Assembly (NCBI RefSeq): GCF_963921235.1
Contig: NC_086108.1
Span: 38,132,001 to 38,196,000 of the forward strand
From: Mobula hypostoma
Lineage: Eukaryota
Length of the DNA: 64,000 nt
Reading direction: 5' to 3'
Position 1 is the first letter of the stretch. Every line of letters starts with the position of its first letter. Below, in pieces: positions 1 to 12,261 of this stretch. The notes below the pieces were generated by a model, which did no database searches, was not told the DNA's origin, and was given only the letters and a program-made list of their open reading frames with translations. A program made the position numbers and the translations under genes.

Positions 1-227
1 ACCTTCACAAGCCTTCCAGGGCCTGCTACAGTGAAGCATCCCCAGAGCATGATGCAGCTACTACCATGCTTCACAGAAGGAATGGTGTGTTTTGAATGGT
101 GTGTTTTTGATGATATGCAGTGTTTGGCTTACGCCTAACATAATATTTAGTATGATGGCCAAAAAGCTCAATTTTGGTTTTATCAGAGTCTCCCGCATGA
201 CTTCTAGCAAACTGTAGCCAAGATTTC
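1..227 (-). mobile_element. Tc1-like transposon, left-hand fragment (decayed transposase), interrupted by L1
   Basis: 'gaagcatccccagagcatgatgcagctactaccatgcttcac' is the reverse complement of a Tc1 VKHGG-IMLWGCF-type motif; the Tc1 sequence resumes at 3962. Confidence 0.75.
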
Positions 228-3200
228 TTTCTTTTTCAATCTTTTTATTAGCTTCATAAAAATAAACATAACACGATAATGTACAAAGTTATTCGGAATA
301 CATTGTTATAATTAGCATAAGTGATTATAAAGCCAGTTGACACTTAAATGATAAAACTCCCAATCATATAGGATACAAATGAACAATATATAAAAAAGAA
401 AAATATCTAAAAAAATTCATGAAAAAGGAAAAAAAAAATTATAACCCCCCAATAAAAAACTAATCTGAACAGAATTAATCAACTAAACTAAAAAAAGACA
501 TGGGCTGTTTGTAACATCGTAAAAAAAGAGAAAGGAGAAAACCTCAGTGTCGACGACTCCGTTCCTCTCAACCAATATTACAAAGAAATAAAATAAGTTT
601 AGAAAAGGTCAAATTACGTCATATGAAAATGTTGAATAAATGGCCTCCAAGTCTTTTTGAACTTAATAGAGGGATCATAAACAACACATCTAATTTTTTC
701 CAAATTTAAACACAACATAGTTTGAGAAAATCAATGAAATGTGGTAGGAGGATTAATCTCTTTCCAATTCAGCAAAGTAGATCTTCTAGCCATTAAAGTA
801 AGAAATGCAATCATCCGACGAGCTGAAGAGGTCAGATGATTTGATTCTATCATTGGTAATCCAAAAATAGCAGTAGTTGGGTGAGGTTGTAAGTCTATAT
901 TCAAAACCATTGAAATAATATCAAAAATATCTTTCCAATATTTTTCTAACAAAGGACACGACCAAAACACGTGATCTAAAGAAGCTCTCTCAGAATGACA
1001 TCTATCACATATTGGATTAATATAAGAATAATAACGAGATAATTTATCTTTGGACATATGAGCCCTGTGCACTACTTTAAACTGTATCAACACATGTTTA
1101 GCACATATAGAGGATGAGTTAACTAATTGAAGAATTTTTTCCCATTTTTCAATCGGTACCATAATCTTAAGTTCTCTTTCCCAATCAGTTTTAATTTTAT
1201 TACATACATCAGGACATAAATTCATAATTATGTTATAAATAATTGCTACAACACCTTTCTGAAAAAGATTTAAATCTAAATTTTTTTCCAAAATATCCAT
1301 TGGATATAGATGTGGAAAATTAGGAGAAACAGTAATTAAAAAGTTTCTAACCTGTAGTTATCTAAAAAAGTGAGATCTCGGCAAATTATATTTACTAGAT
1401 AATTCTTCAAAGGACATAAAACAATTATCCAAAAATAAATCATGAAATTGTACTATACCTTTGATTTTCCAATCTAAATAAGCTTGATCCATAGTGGAAG
1501 ATTGAAAAAAGAAATTAGATATAATAGGACGTGCTAAAATAAATTGGTTCAACCCAAAAAATTTTTGAAATTGAAACCATATACATAAAGTATGTTTAAC
1601 TATTGGGTTATTCATTTGTTTATATAATTTAGAAAGAATAAAAGGAAGCAAAGTCCCTAAAATAGAACCCAATGAAAACCCTTGTAAAGAATTACATTCA
1701 AGATTTACCCAATGTGGACTTGAAATTACATCTAAGTCCTGTCACCAAAATTTTAAGTATCGAATGTTAATTGCCCAATAGTAAAATCTAAATTTCGGGA
1801 GCGCTAACCCCTCCCCCACCTCTTTTTTAGATTTCTGTAAATGCCTTTTATCTAACCTAGGGTTTTTGTTCTGCCATATATATGAGGAAATTTTTGAATC
1901 AACATTATCGAAAGAAGATTTTGGAATAAAAATTGGTACCATTTGAAATATATATGAAAATTTAGGCAAAATAATCATCTTGATAGCATTGATCCGACCG
2001 ATCACTGACAAAGACAATGGAGACCATTTAGTAAACAAAAGTTTATTCTGATCAATTAAAGGTAAAACATTAGCTTTAAGTAAATCTTTATGCGTTTTCA
2101 TGATTTTAACCCCTAAATATATAAAAGAGTCAGTAACCAATTTAAATGGTAGACATCCATAAATAGGAACCTGCTTATTTAGGGGAAATAGTTCACTCTT
2201 ATTAAGGTTCAATTTATAACCAGAAAAGTTACTAAATTGAGCCAACAAAGATAAAATAACAGGAATTGATTTCTCTGGATTAGAGATATATAATAACAAA
2301 TCATCTGCATATAATGATAATTTATGTATTTCATTTCCACGGGTAATACCAAAAATGTTAGGCGAGTCTCAGATAACAATTACCAAAGGTTCAATGGCAA
2401 TATTAAATAATAATGGACTAAGAGGGTATCCTTGCCTGGTACCCCGAGATAGACGAAAAAAGGGGAGATCTTTGATTATTAGTACAAACCAAAGCTACAG
2501 GGGTATGATATAACAATTTTAATCCAGGATATAAATATCTGACTAAAATTAAATTTCTCGAACACACTAAATAAATAAGGCCATTCAACTCCATCGAAAG
2601 CTTTCTCAGCATGTAATGAAATAATACATTCCGGAGTGTTAAGTGAGGGAGTATAAACAATATTCATTAACCTCCTGATATTGAAAGATGAATAACGGTT
2701 TTAATAAATCCTGTTTGGTCCACAGAGATAATTTGAGGTAATACCTTCTCTAAACTAGTTGCTAAAATTTTTGAAAAAATTTTTGAATCTACATTCAAAG
2801 GAGATATCAGTCTATATGATGCACAATCAGTAGGATCTTTGTTCTTTTTAAGAATTAAAGAAATAGAAGCTTCATAAAACCATTGTGGTAATTTACCTAA
2901 TCTGATTGCTTCTTTGAATATTCTAGACAACCAAGGAGACAGAATAGAGGAAAAATATTTTTAAAATTCCACTGTAAAACCATCAGGACCAGGTGCTTCA
3001 CCGGAATTCATTGAAGAGATTACAGCTGTTATTTCTTCCTCTGTAATAGGAGTTTCTAATGTTAAACAGTCTTCGGGTGATAATTTCAGAAAATTCAATT
3101 TTCTTAGAAAGTCATGCATGATATTAAAAACATGAGGAATGTCAGAATGGTATAAAGAGGTATAAAATTCTTGATAGGTTTTGTTTATCTCGTCCTGATC

Positions 3201-3961
3201 AACTGTCAAAGTATCATCATGTTTACGGATCTTAGTAATTTAATGCTTAACCGAAGTAGTTTTCAATTGATTAGCTAATAATTTACCCGATTTATCACTA
3301 TGAATATAAAACTCACTTCTAGTTTTCATTAATTGATTTTCGATCGAGGATGTTAATAGTAAACTATGTTCAATTTGGAGTTCAACTCTCTGTTTATAAA
3401 GCTCCTTACTAGGAGCAATAGCATATTTTTTATCAATTCTTTAATTTTATCAACCAGCAAAAGTATTTCATTCTTAATACGTTTTTTTCAAACCAACAGA
3501 ATAGGAAATAATCTATCCACGAATATAAGCTTTAAAAGCATCCCATACTGTTGCATTGGAAATTTCTTCCATAATACTAGTTGAAAAGAAGAAATCAATC
3601 TGTTCCTTCATAAACTTAACAAAGTCCAAGTCTTGAAGCAAATTAAAATTAAATCGCCATTGTTCATTAGTAGAAGAAGTATCCATTAACTTAATAGAAA
3701 GCTTCATTGGAGAATGATCCGAAATGGCGATAATGTCATAATTGCAATCAATTACAGATGGAATTAAATGAGAGTCAACAAAAAAGTAGTCAATTCGAGA
3801 ATAAGAATGATAAACATGTGAAAAGGATGAAAACTCTTTGTCCTTTGGGTGTAGAAATCTCCAAATTTCTGAAATCCCAGAATCAGTCATAAAAGAGCTG
3901 ATAAGAGCAGCCGACTTATTCAGTAGAGCCGGTCTACATATGGATCTATCCAACATGGGAT
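228..3961 (-). mobile_element. L1-clade LINE, 5'-truncated inside the endonuclease domain, ORF2 broken by frameshifts
   Basis: Ordered ORF2 pieces: APE endonuclease (RIDYFFVD, SDHSP; 3513-3956), RT (APGPDGFTVEF, SYRLISPLNVDSK, AEKAFD, LYADD near 2305), C-terminal CDRC..H..WSC knuckle (731-1300). AATAAA and A-rich tail at 228-250; degenerate 18-bp TSD at 210-227 / 3962-3979 (14/18). Confidence 0.93.
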
Positions 3962-4708
3962 AACTCGAGCTAAGACTTCATGTGAGTTTCTTTTCTAACA
4001 GTGGCCTTCTCTTTGCCACTCTCCCATAAAGCTGCGACTGATGAAGCACCCGGGAAACAGTTGTTGCATGTGCAGTCTCTCCCAACTCAGCCACTGAAGC
4101 TTGTAATTCCTCCAAAATTTTTCATTGGTCTCTTGATGGCCCCCTAACCTGTTTCCTTCTTGCACAGTCTCTCAGTTTTTGAGGATGGCCTGCTCTAGGC
4201 AGATCTACTGCTATGCCATATTCTTTCCATGTCTTGATGACTTACTTAATTATACTACAAGGGATATTTAGTGACTTAGAAATTTTCTTATATCCATCTC
4301 CTGACTTGTGCTTTTCAATAGCCCTGTCGTGGAATTGCTTGAAGTGTTCTTTTGTCTTCATGGTATAGATTTTGCCAGGATACTGACTCACCAGCAGTTG
4401 GAGCTTCCAGGTACAGGTGTATTTTTACTACAATCAATTGAAACATGTTGATTGCACAAACCGATCTCCATCTAAATAATTATGTGACTTTTGAAAGTAA
4501 CTGGCTGCACTAGTGATGATTTGGAGTGTCATATTTAAGGGGAGTGAACCTCAATTCAGATCAATGTGTAGAGATCGGTTTTCACTTTGACATGAAGGAG
4601 TCTTTTTCTGTTGATTTGTGTTAAAAAAGCCAAAATAAATCTACTGTGGTTCAATGTTGTAAAACAATAAAAAATGAAAACTTACAAAGGGGGGTGAATA
4701 TTTTATAG
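3962..4708 (-). mobile_element. Tc1-like transposon, right-hand fragment including terminal repeat
   Basis: Continues the sequence broken at 227; ends in Tc1-type terminus 'aaaggggggtgaatattttatag'. Confidence 0.7.
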
Positions 4709-4714
4709 TAAAGA

Positions 4715-5265
4715 TTAATACTCTTCTTTGTCCAAAGGAATATTGTGTTCAAAACACTGGTGGACTAATAGATAAGGAGTGACCATTAAAATATCTAATT
4801 GTTTTAAGGATAAACTCGACACTGCTGAATACGGGGCACAGTTTGTGATTGAAGAAAGACAGGCTCTTTTGAGGCAAAAGATCAAAGAGTTGGTCTGTTT
4901 CTGGGTCCCTCTGAACTTGTGGATCTTGTATAAATGAATGAAATTTTCCATCCATTCTTTGGATTTTGCCCAGACTGGGATCGCAATCAGTGCCTGGGAC
5001 CCAGGGATAGTTTCACTAGCAAGTCAGAATTCAGAGTTACATCAGCAACAACAACAATCAAGTGGTGACGAAGAATCATGAGCCCTGAAATCTATGTGGA
5101 AATTTTTATGACTTGCTATGTGGTATTTTTGTGTGTATTATCTATGCTATGTATTTTATGACAATAAATTAAGCCTAAGTTACTTTGTTGTGATTGTACA
5201 TTTATTAACATATCATCTGGACACTCGAAATGTTGGGTTTGACTAATCCAGCCATTTCTGTTCGA
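4715..5265 (+). repeat. Old LTR-like dispersed repeat, copy 1
   Basis: Colinear similarity to 29750-30250 (e.g. aacaatcaagtggtg..aagaat.atgagccctgaaa); TATAAA at 4929 and AATAAA at 5163. Confidence 0.55.
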
Positions 5266-5274
5266 ATACACACA

Positions 5275-6065
5275 AGAGGCAGGATAGGGAAGGTGTAGTC
5301 AAAGTAGCTGTGTCGGTGGGTTCATAAAAATGTCAGTGGCAATTCTCTCCTGAGATGGAGATAGAGTGATCTGGAAAAGAAAAAGAAGTGTCAGATTCAG
5401 TTCAGGAGAATTTGATGCCAAATAGGCTGGAAGTCAGTGGTGAAAGTGATGAAACCGATGTGTTCTGCATGTGAATACAGGAAGCATCACAATGGATTTG
5501 TTGATGTAGTGGAGAAAGAGTGTGTGGGATGGTGGAATAAGCTTAGAACTTTTTCTCATGTAGTAATAAAAAGACAGGTGCAGTTCGACCTTGTGAGAAC
5601 CCTTTGATCTGTATTAAAAGTGAAGTTGTTGAGGGCAAGGACAAGTTCTGCTAAGTAGATGAGAGATTTTTTTGAGGAAAATCGGTTGTGTCTTTGTTTA
5701 AGAAAGAAATACAGACCTTTCTAATGTGGAATGGAGGTGTACGAAGACTGGATATCCATGGCAAAGGATGAACCAGTTGGAATAAGGAAATTGTAAATTA
5801 TTGAAATGGTGGTAGCCATGAGGGAAATCCTGGATACAAGTGGGAATAGACTGGGCAAGGAAGGAAGTTGAGATATGAAGAATCGAGTTTAGTGAGGCAA
5901 GAGCAGGTGGAAATAGTGGGCTTTCTAGGGCAGCCCTGTTTATACATCTGGAGTAGAAGATAATTGGTCATATGGGGGTTAGATCACTTTGAGATTTGAG
6001 GCTGCAGAGGGGAGATCTCCTGATCTCTTGAGAATAGTAATGATCTGGGAGACAGTGGTCTATTG
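5275..6065 (-). mobile_element. Decayed Penelope-like reverse transcriptase fragment
   Basis: Minus-strand translation gives FAMDIQSSYTSIPH, LAELVLALNNFTF, LFLHYINKS (decayed RYIDD) and a TDIF..PTD..YFDYT-like motif in Penelope RT order. Confidence 0.75.
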
Positions 6066-6924
6066 GTAATTTTTTCTAGGCAGCCAAACAGCTGACACAT
6101 TTGAAAGGCTCCTACAATCAACCTAATTATTTGATCTAGTCAGTTCAGTAAAAGAGAATCACAATGGTTGGTGCTGGTCTGAAAATTTCTCTTACATCTG
6201 CTGAACTTCAAAATTCATGTCATAGAGCCTCTGAACAGATTGAGGGGACATCAAAACTCTAAACGTTTCATCAGCAAAAGGCAGAGACATCAGTTCACCG
6301 AGATTTGATCAAGCAGCTTTCAAGTGATGGAAAGCAAGGAAGCACCTTAGCACCCCTCTATGGAAATAGTGTCCATGTTGGCATTCCTGACGTCAGTTTG
6401 AATTCCCTCAATTTTTCTAGCATTTGAAGAGCATGCTTGTTCATCACACTTTCCCCGTAGACTTTAAAAAACCCAACAGGATCACAATCAGAGCTTTGTT
6501 ACTTTTTGTGTATTTTGTAGCCTGTCCAGTTTCTTTGTGGTTCGTGGATAGCATGAACATTAACAACTGGGTATTACAGAACATGTCGGATGTTGCTGTC
6601 CATCATCATCATTTCATGGTTCAGAAATTTTTGCAAGTACTTCTAGCCAAATTCCTTGATAGCCATTTAGAATTGCACTGCTTTTTCAGATGTAAGTGAG
6701 GTGAATTCCTGAGAGCCAGTTCAGCATTTCCGAATTTAATGAAAGAAGCATGCATGTGCTCTGTATATAACAGGAATACAATTTAACTGAGCAAGCAGAG
6801 AGATTTTGATTGGAAGGAAACTTGAACCCCATGACATGTATACCCAGGACAACCAGATCTTCTCTTTATTGCTGCTATCATCCATCACTGCACTGCTGAT
6901 GAGTATCCCTTTTATATCTGTATA

Positions 6925-7360
6925 ATCCTGGAACATCTGGACAGCAAAGGTGCATACATCAGGATGTCCTTTATCAACTGTAGCTCAGCATTCTATACCA
7001 TCATCCCCTCAAACTAATCAATAAGCTCGAAGACCTTGGCCTCAATACCTCCTTGTGCAATTGGTTCCTGGCTTTCCTCACCTGCAGACACCAGTCAGTT
7101 CAGATTGGCAACAGCATCTCCTCCAACAACCACCATCAGCACAAGTGGACCACAAGGCTGGTCACTTAGCCCTCTGTTCTATTCACTACACTTATGACAG
7201 TGGGGCTAAGCACAGCTTCAGTGCCCCATTTGAGTTTGCTCACAGGTCAAATCAAAAGTGGTGATGAATCAGCAGGTACTGTAGGAGGGAGCTTGAAAAT
7301 CTTGTTGAGTGGTGCCACAGCAACAACCTTGTAATGTCAGTAAGGCCAAGGAGCTGAACA
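6925..7360 (+). mobile_element. Rex1/Babar-type LINE RT fragment
   Basis: LEHLDSKGAYIRM.FI..SSAF.TIIP motif, homologous to 21518-22546. Confidence 0.75.
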
Positions 7361-7364
7361 AATA

Positions 7365-7903
7365 CCTATGAAAGGATGCTGTTTTTTGATTGCAACTCAG
7401 CATTTAGCACCATCATTCTTACAGAACTGATCAAAAAGCTACAGACACTGTGCTTCTGCACCTCCCTCTGCAACTGGACTCTCAACTTCCCAATCAGGTT
7501 ACCACAACCTGAGCAGACTGGAAATAACACCTCCACCTCACTTACTATCAACACTGATGCACTTCAGGAATGTGTGCCTAGCCCACTGCTCTACCCTCTC
7601 CACACTCATGGCACAGCTCAAATGCCATCTATAAATTTGCTGATGATACAACCATTGTTGGCAGATATTCAAATAGTGACGAGAGGGTGTACTGAAGCAA
7701 GTTATACCAGCTGATTGAGTGGTGTCACAGCAACAACTTTGTACTCAGTGTCGGAAAGACCAAAGAACTGATTGTGGATTTCTAAAAAGCTAAGACGAGG
7801 GAACACACACACTAGTCCACATAGAGGGATCAGAAGCAGAGAAAGTGAGCAACATACAAATTCCTGGGTGTTAATATCACTGAGGAGCTAACCTGGTACC
7901 CAT
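7365..7903 (+). mobile_element. Rex1-type LINE fragment, 5' part, interrupted by Gmr1-like element
   Basis: MLFFDCNSAFSTII..., FADD, KTKELIVDF, KFLGVNITEELTW; continues at 14570. Confidence 0.8.
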
Positions 7904-8800
7904 TGTTACGCACCCCGTAACTGGATTGCCAAACCAGCAGAAATGGACCACTCAATTGGAGTCTGGATTACTGGAACTAAGAAAGTTTTATTAAAGAAAT
8001 AAGAAACACAGTACTCTAATAGTAAGGACATAAATGCAACAGGTTAGCAATGAATAAACACATATGTACACAGAACTAGGATAATAGGATCAATCAAGCT
8101 CTATCGCAGTCTAGGGGTAAATGACCAGTTTCAAGTGACGCAAAGTTCAGTTCAGTTCGCAGTAATCACTGTTGTGCCATTGGGCGGGGAAAAGGAGAGA
8201 GAGCGAAAGCGAATGAATACTCAAAACGGATTCCACACAGACCTTTGATATTCCTCACAGTTAGCTTTCGGGCGAGTCCTTGGTAATGTCTTCTGAGGTC
8301 ACCGACTGTGACCCCTCCGTTCCAGACACGATCGTTCTTCAGCGGTGAACCCAGCTCCCAGGCAAGTGCGGACACACACCAGGTTCCCACCGACCGTATC
8401 TTTCCACCCTGTGCGTCTATGTCTGGTCCCGCGACCAGACCTCCAAAGACTCCCACCGACTTGTGGGGGCGCACCGCTTCCAGGGTCTCGTTACCTCGTG
8501 GTGTCGTGTGTGTCTTAGCGAACCTGCCCCTTTTTATCCCCCTGCTGGGGTATTGCCTGTCCATCACACTTCAAACAGTTCAGGGTTCAAAAGGAGCCGG
8601 TCTTGACAATACTCAGACCGGTGTCTCCTTCCGTTAAACTCTCTCGTCTCTTCATTAACATTTCCAAATGCTGCTCCATTGTCTTACTTATCTCTCTCTC
8701 CTGAAGACAGGTGGCAGATCAACTGTTGATCCCACTGGTGTTAGCACAGGACAGCTAACATCTTAGTCTATGTGTACTTTTGTAACCCTCTTTCGTCACA
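7904..8800 (-). repeat. 3' LTR of Gmr1-like element (897 bp)
   Basis: tgttacg...cgtcaca; about 96-97% identical by eye to 13658-14569, plus one 15-bp indel. Confidence 0.97.
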
Positions 8801-8812
8801 CCCCTCCCCTTT
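8801..8812 (-). promoter_or_regulatory. Polypurine tract of Gmr1-like element
   Basis: Minus-strand AAAGGGGAGGGG directly abuts TGTGACG of the 3' LTR. Confidence 0.9.
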
Positions 8813-8917
8813 AAGGATTTTTACCGGGGTAAAAATTATAAGCATGAATACATTATTAGATACACACAAATATACATCTTCATCAGCTATTTGGCTAATA
8901 CAGAGAATTTTAAGTTG

Positions 8918-11900
8918 TCAACACCTTGACAGACAGTCAGCAATCACATTTTCTGTTCCTTTTATATGTGTAATTTTTATATCAAATTCCTGTAGCACCA
9001 GACTCCAACTTAGCAATCTTTTGTTTTTATCTTTCATAGTGGCCAAAAACACTAATGGGTTGTGGTCAGTGTAAATTACCAGTGGTTTCCGTGACGGGCA
9101 AATATAAACTTCAAAATGTTGTAATGCTAGTATGATGGCCAGTAACTCCTTTTCCACAGTGGAATAATTTCTCTGATGGATATTAAATTTCTTAGAAAAA
9201 TAAGCGACTGGGTGCTCAACCCCCTCTTTGTCTGTCTGCAACAGCACCGCCCCAGCAGCTCCGTCGCTAGCATCTGTTGTTAGGGAGAAAGGTTTTGAAA
9301 AATCAGGCGCATTTAGCACAGGATGGTAACACAGAATCGCCTTCAGACTCTCGGCTTGTTGACAAAGGTCGTTCCACACAAACTTCGCATTCTTTGGCAA
9401 AAGCTTAGTGAGAGGGAGGGTAATATCCGCAAAGTTTTTGCAAAACTTCCTATAATACCCCACCATCCCCAAGAAACTTCTCAGGGCTCTCTTGTCTGTC
9501 GGGGTGGGGACCTCCGAGATAGCCCGCACCTTAGTCTGCATCGGAGCCAGCTGCCCCTCTCCTACCACAAATCCCAGATAAGTGACCTTCGCGTGGCTGA
9601 ACTCACTTTTTGCGAGGTTCACTGTCAGGTTGGCTTCGGACAGCCGTTTAAATAGCTCCTCTACCGCCACAATGTGCTCCTCCCACGTGTCACTCCAGAC
9701 CACCAAATCATCAATATATGCTTCTGTGTTCCTTAGTCCTTTTATCACTGAATTAATCATCCTCTGGAAGGTCCCTGGGGCATTTTTCATGCCAAAAGGT
9801 AGAACATTATACTCGTATAAACCAGAGGGGGTGACAAATGCCGAGATTTCTCTAGCCCGGTCGGTTAAAGGAACACACCAGTACCCTTTCAGCAAATCGA
9901 TTTTTGTGATGTACGTAGCTCTCCCCACTTTATCGATGCAATCGTCTACCCTTGGGATGGGGTAAGCATCAGTTTTCGTGATAGCGTTCACCTTTCTGTA
10001 ATCTGTACAGAATCAGATGCTCCCATCGGCTTTCGGGACAACCACACAGGGGGACGCCCATTCCGACTTGGATGGCCTAATAATATCAGTGGCTAGCATG
10101 TGCTCAATCTCTTTCTCCACTAGCTTGCCCTTCTCCAAGTTCATCCTATAGGGGTGTTGTTTAATAGGCTGGTCTGAGGTGACCACAACATCATGCACCG
10201 TCCCTTTGCATCGCCTCGGGACATCGGGACATACATCTGCGTGCCGGTTAATTAGCTTTATCAATGGCCCGCTTTGTTCGGGGGTTAGGTGAGAGACCTT
10301 ATCAGCAAAATTAGCCAGAACAATAGAGTTCTCCAATCGGGTCGGCACCATATTCATCTTTTCAAGATGGGTTTTCCCGTATCATTCGACACCCCAGTCT
10401 CATTAATTTCCGTGATAACACCAACCAGGTTTTCTTTCTGATCGTGGTAGGCTTTTAACATGTTAATGTATACCAACTGTGTGGGTTTACGCCTGTCCAG
10501 CGTTTCGATAACATAATTCAAAGGGTCTATCTTTTTAATTACCTTGTACGGACCATGGAATCTCGCCTGGAGGGGTTGGCTACCACTGGGAACAGAACTA
10601 AGACCCGATCGCCCACTTGGAACACTTTTTCGCGGGCACGCCTATCATACCATTTTTTCATTTTAGTCTGGGGGTGTCACAGATTTTCTTTGGCAAAGTC
10701 ACAGATCCTTTCAAGCCTCTCACGAAATTTTAAAACATAATCAATCACATTAACTTGGACTGCCGGACTGGACCATTGCTCTTTTAGCAAGGTCACTGGT
10801 CCTCTGGGCCGATGACCAAAGACAAGCTCGAATGGGCTGAACCCCAATGACTCTTGAACCGTGCCCCTCACGGCAAATAACAGGAGGGGCAAAGCATCAT
10901 CCCAGCTCCTAGCGTTTTCTTGACAGTAAATTTTAATCATGGTCTTTAATGTGGCGTGGAATCATTCCAACGCCCCTTGTGACTTGGGGTCGTACGCGGA
11001 GGCCAAAATCTGCTTTGCTCCCATCTCATCCAACATCCGTCGGAATGTGTGAGATGTGAAGACACTCCCCTGATCTGACTGGATTTCCCTGGGCAGCTCC
11101 ACCGTAGTGAAAAATTTCACAAGCGCCTTTACCACTGCGGGAGCCTTGACGCTTGCCAGGGGCACCGCCTCCGGAAACCTGGTGGCGGCGCACATCATAG
11201 TCATCACATACTCCCGCCCACTCGCAGTTCTGGGCAGGGGACCGACAAAATCCACAATCACTCGAGAAAAAGGTTCCCCGAAAGTGGGTATCGGTCGAAG
11301 GGGTGCTTTAGGCAGGACCTGATTTGGCTTTCCTACCACCTGACATAAATGACATCGCCTACAATATTCAACAATATCTTTCCTCATGTTCGGCCAGTAA
11401 AACTCTTTCATAATTCTGTCGACTGTCTTCCTCACCCCAAAATGTCCACCGAGGGGTACCTTGTGGGCCAAGTTAAAAATCTCGCCCCTATAAATTTTTG
11501 GCACTACCACCTGGTGTACAACTCCCCATTCCTCATCTGCGGACACAGTACGTGGTCTCCATTTCTTCATTAGTACTCCCTCCTTCACATAATAGCCTAC
11601 TGGCTCCGTTTTTAATTCTGCGTCAGAGAGAGCTGTCTCCGCCAAATCCATCAGCTCCTCGTCTCGCTCCTGTGCCTGTATAAAGTCCTTCCTGGCTAAT
11701 GCTAAGTCTGCCTCAGCTCCCTCACTTCCTCTTGTTCCACTACGCTCCTTCTTTGCACTTTCTACCTCTCCCTGGTACAGGGCTGGTAGAAACATCTCAG
11801 CTAACTTTATATCAGCCTCTGCAGCCTTTCTCGACATACGCCGAGTCACTGCGCAAACGGGATAAACCTGTGAGTCCATGGGCGGGGCCTCAATGCTGGC

Positions 11901-12260
11901 AGGCTGACTTGTCAATCTCACTGCTGGGAACACAATTCCCCCCGCGAGGTCATTACCGAGTAAGACTTCCACGTCTTTCATCGGTAGTTCGGGTCTCACC
12001 CCGATCGTGACTGGTCCAGAGATCAAGTCACTTTGTAGGTGTATCTGGTGCAAAGGCACGGCTTCAGTCCCTTTTCCAATGCCTTTGATCACACTGACCT
12101 CCCCAGTCGTGGTCTCTGAACTAAAGTCTAAAACACTCCTCAAGATCAGTGACTGACAAGCTCCCGTGTCTCTCCAGATCCGTACTGGAACTGGGTTTAA
12201 CCTCCCCTTCACCGACACAAATCCGGCCGAGATAAACCTCTCGCGCCCTTCCTGAACTTT
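8918..12260 (-). pseudogene. pol: pol: protease-integrase-reverse transcriptase-RNase H (interrupted)
   Basis: RDTGACQSLI (PR); H..H..CRRCHLC, VDFVGPLP, SDQG, QGALE (IN); GPY motif; KQHPYR, WASP, YIDD (RT); TDAS, EKELLA, YTDHNPL, ADCLSR (RH). In-frame TGA at 10962, 10677 and 10013, plus at least one frameshift. Confidence 0.93.
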
Positions 12261-12261
12261 A

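Noticed and set aside
8166..8637. 133-aa and 109-aa ORFs repeated at 13935-14406
   Set aside because: They lie inside the two LTRs; the duplication explains the repeat, many differences change amino acids, and there is no recognisable domain
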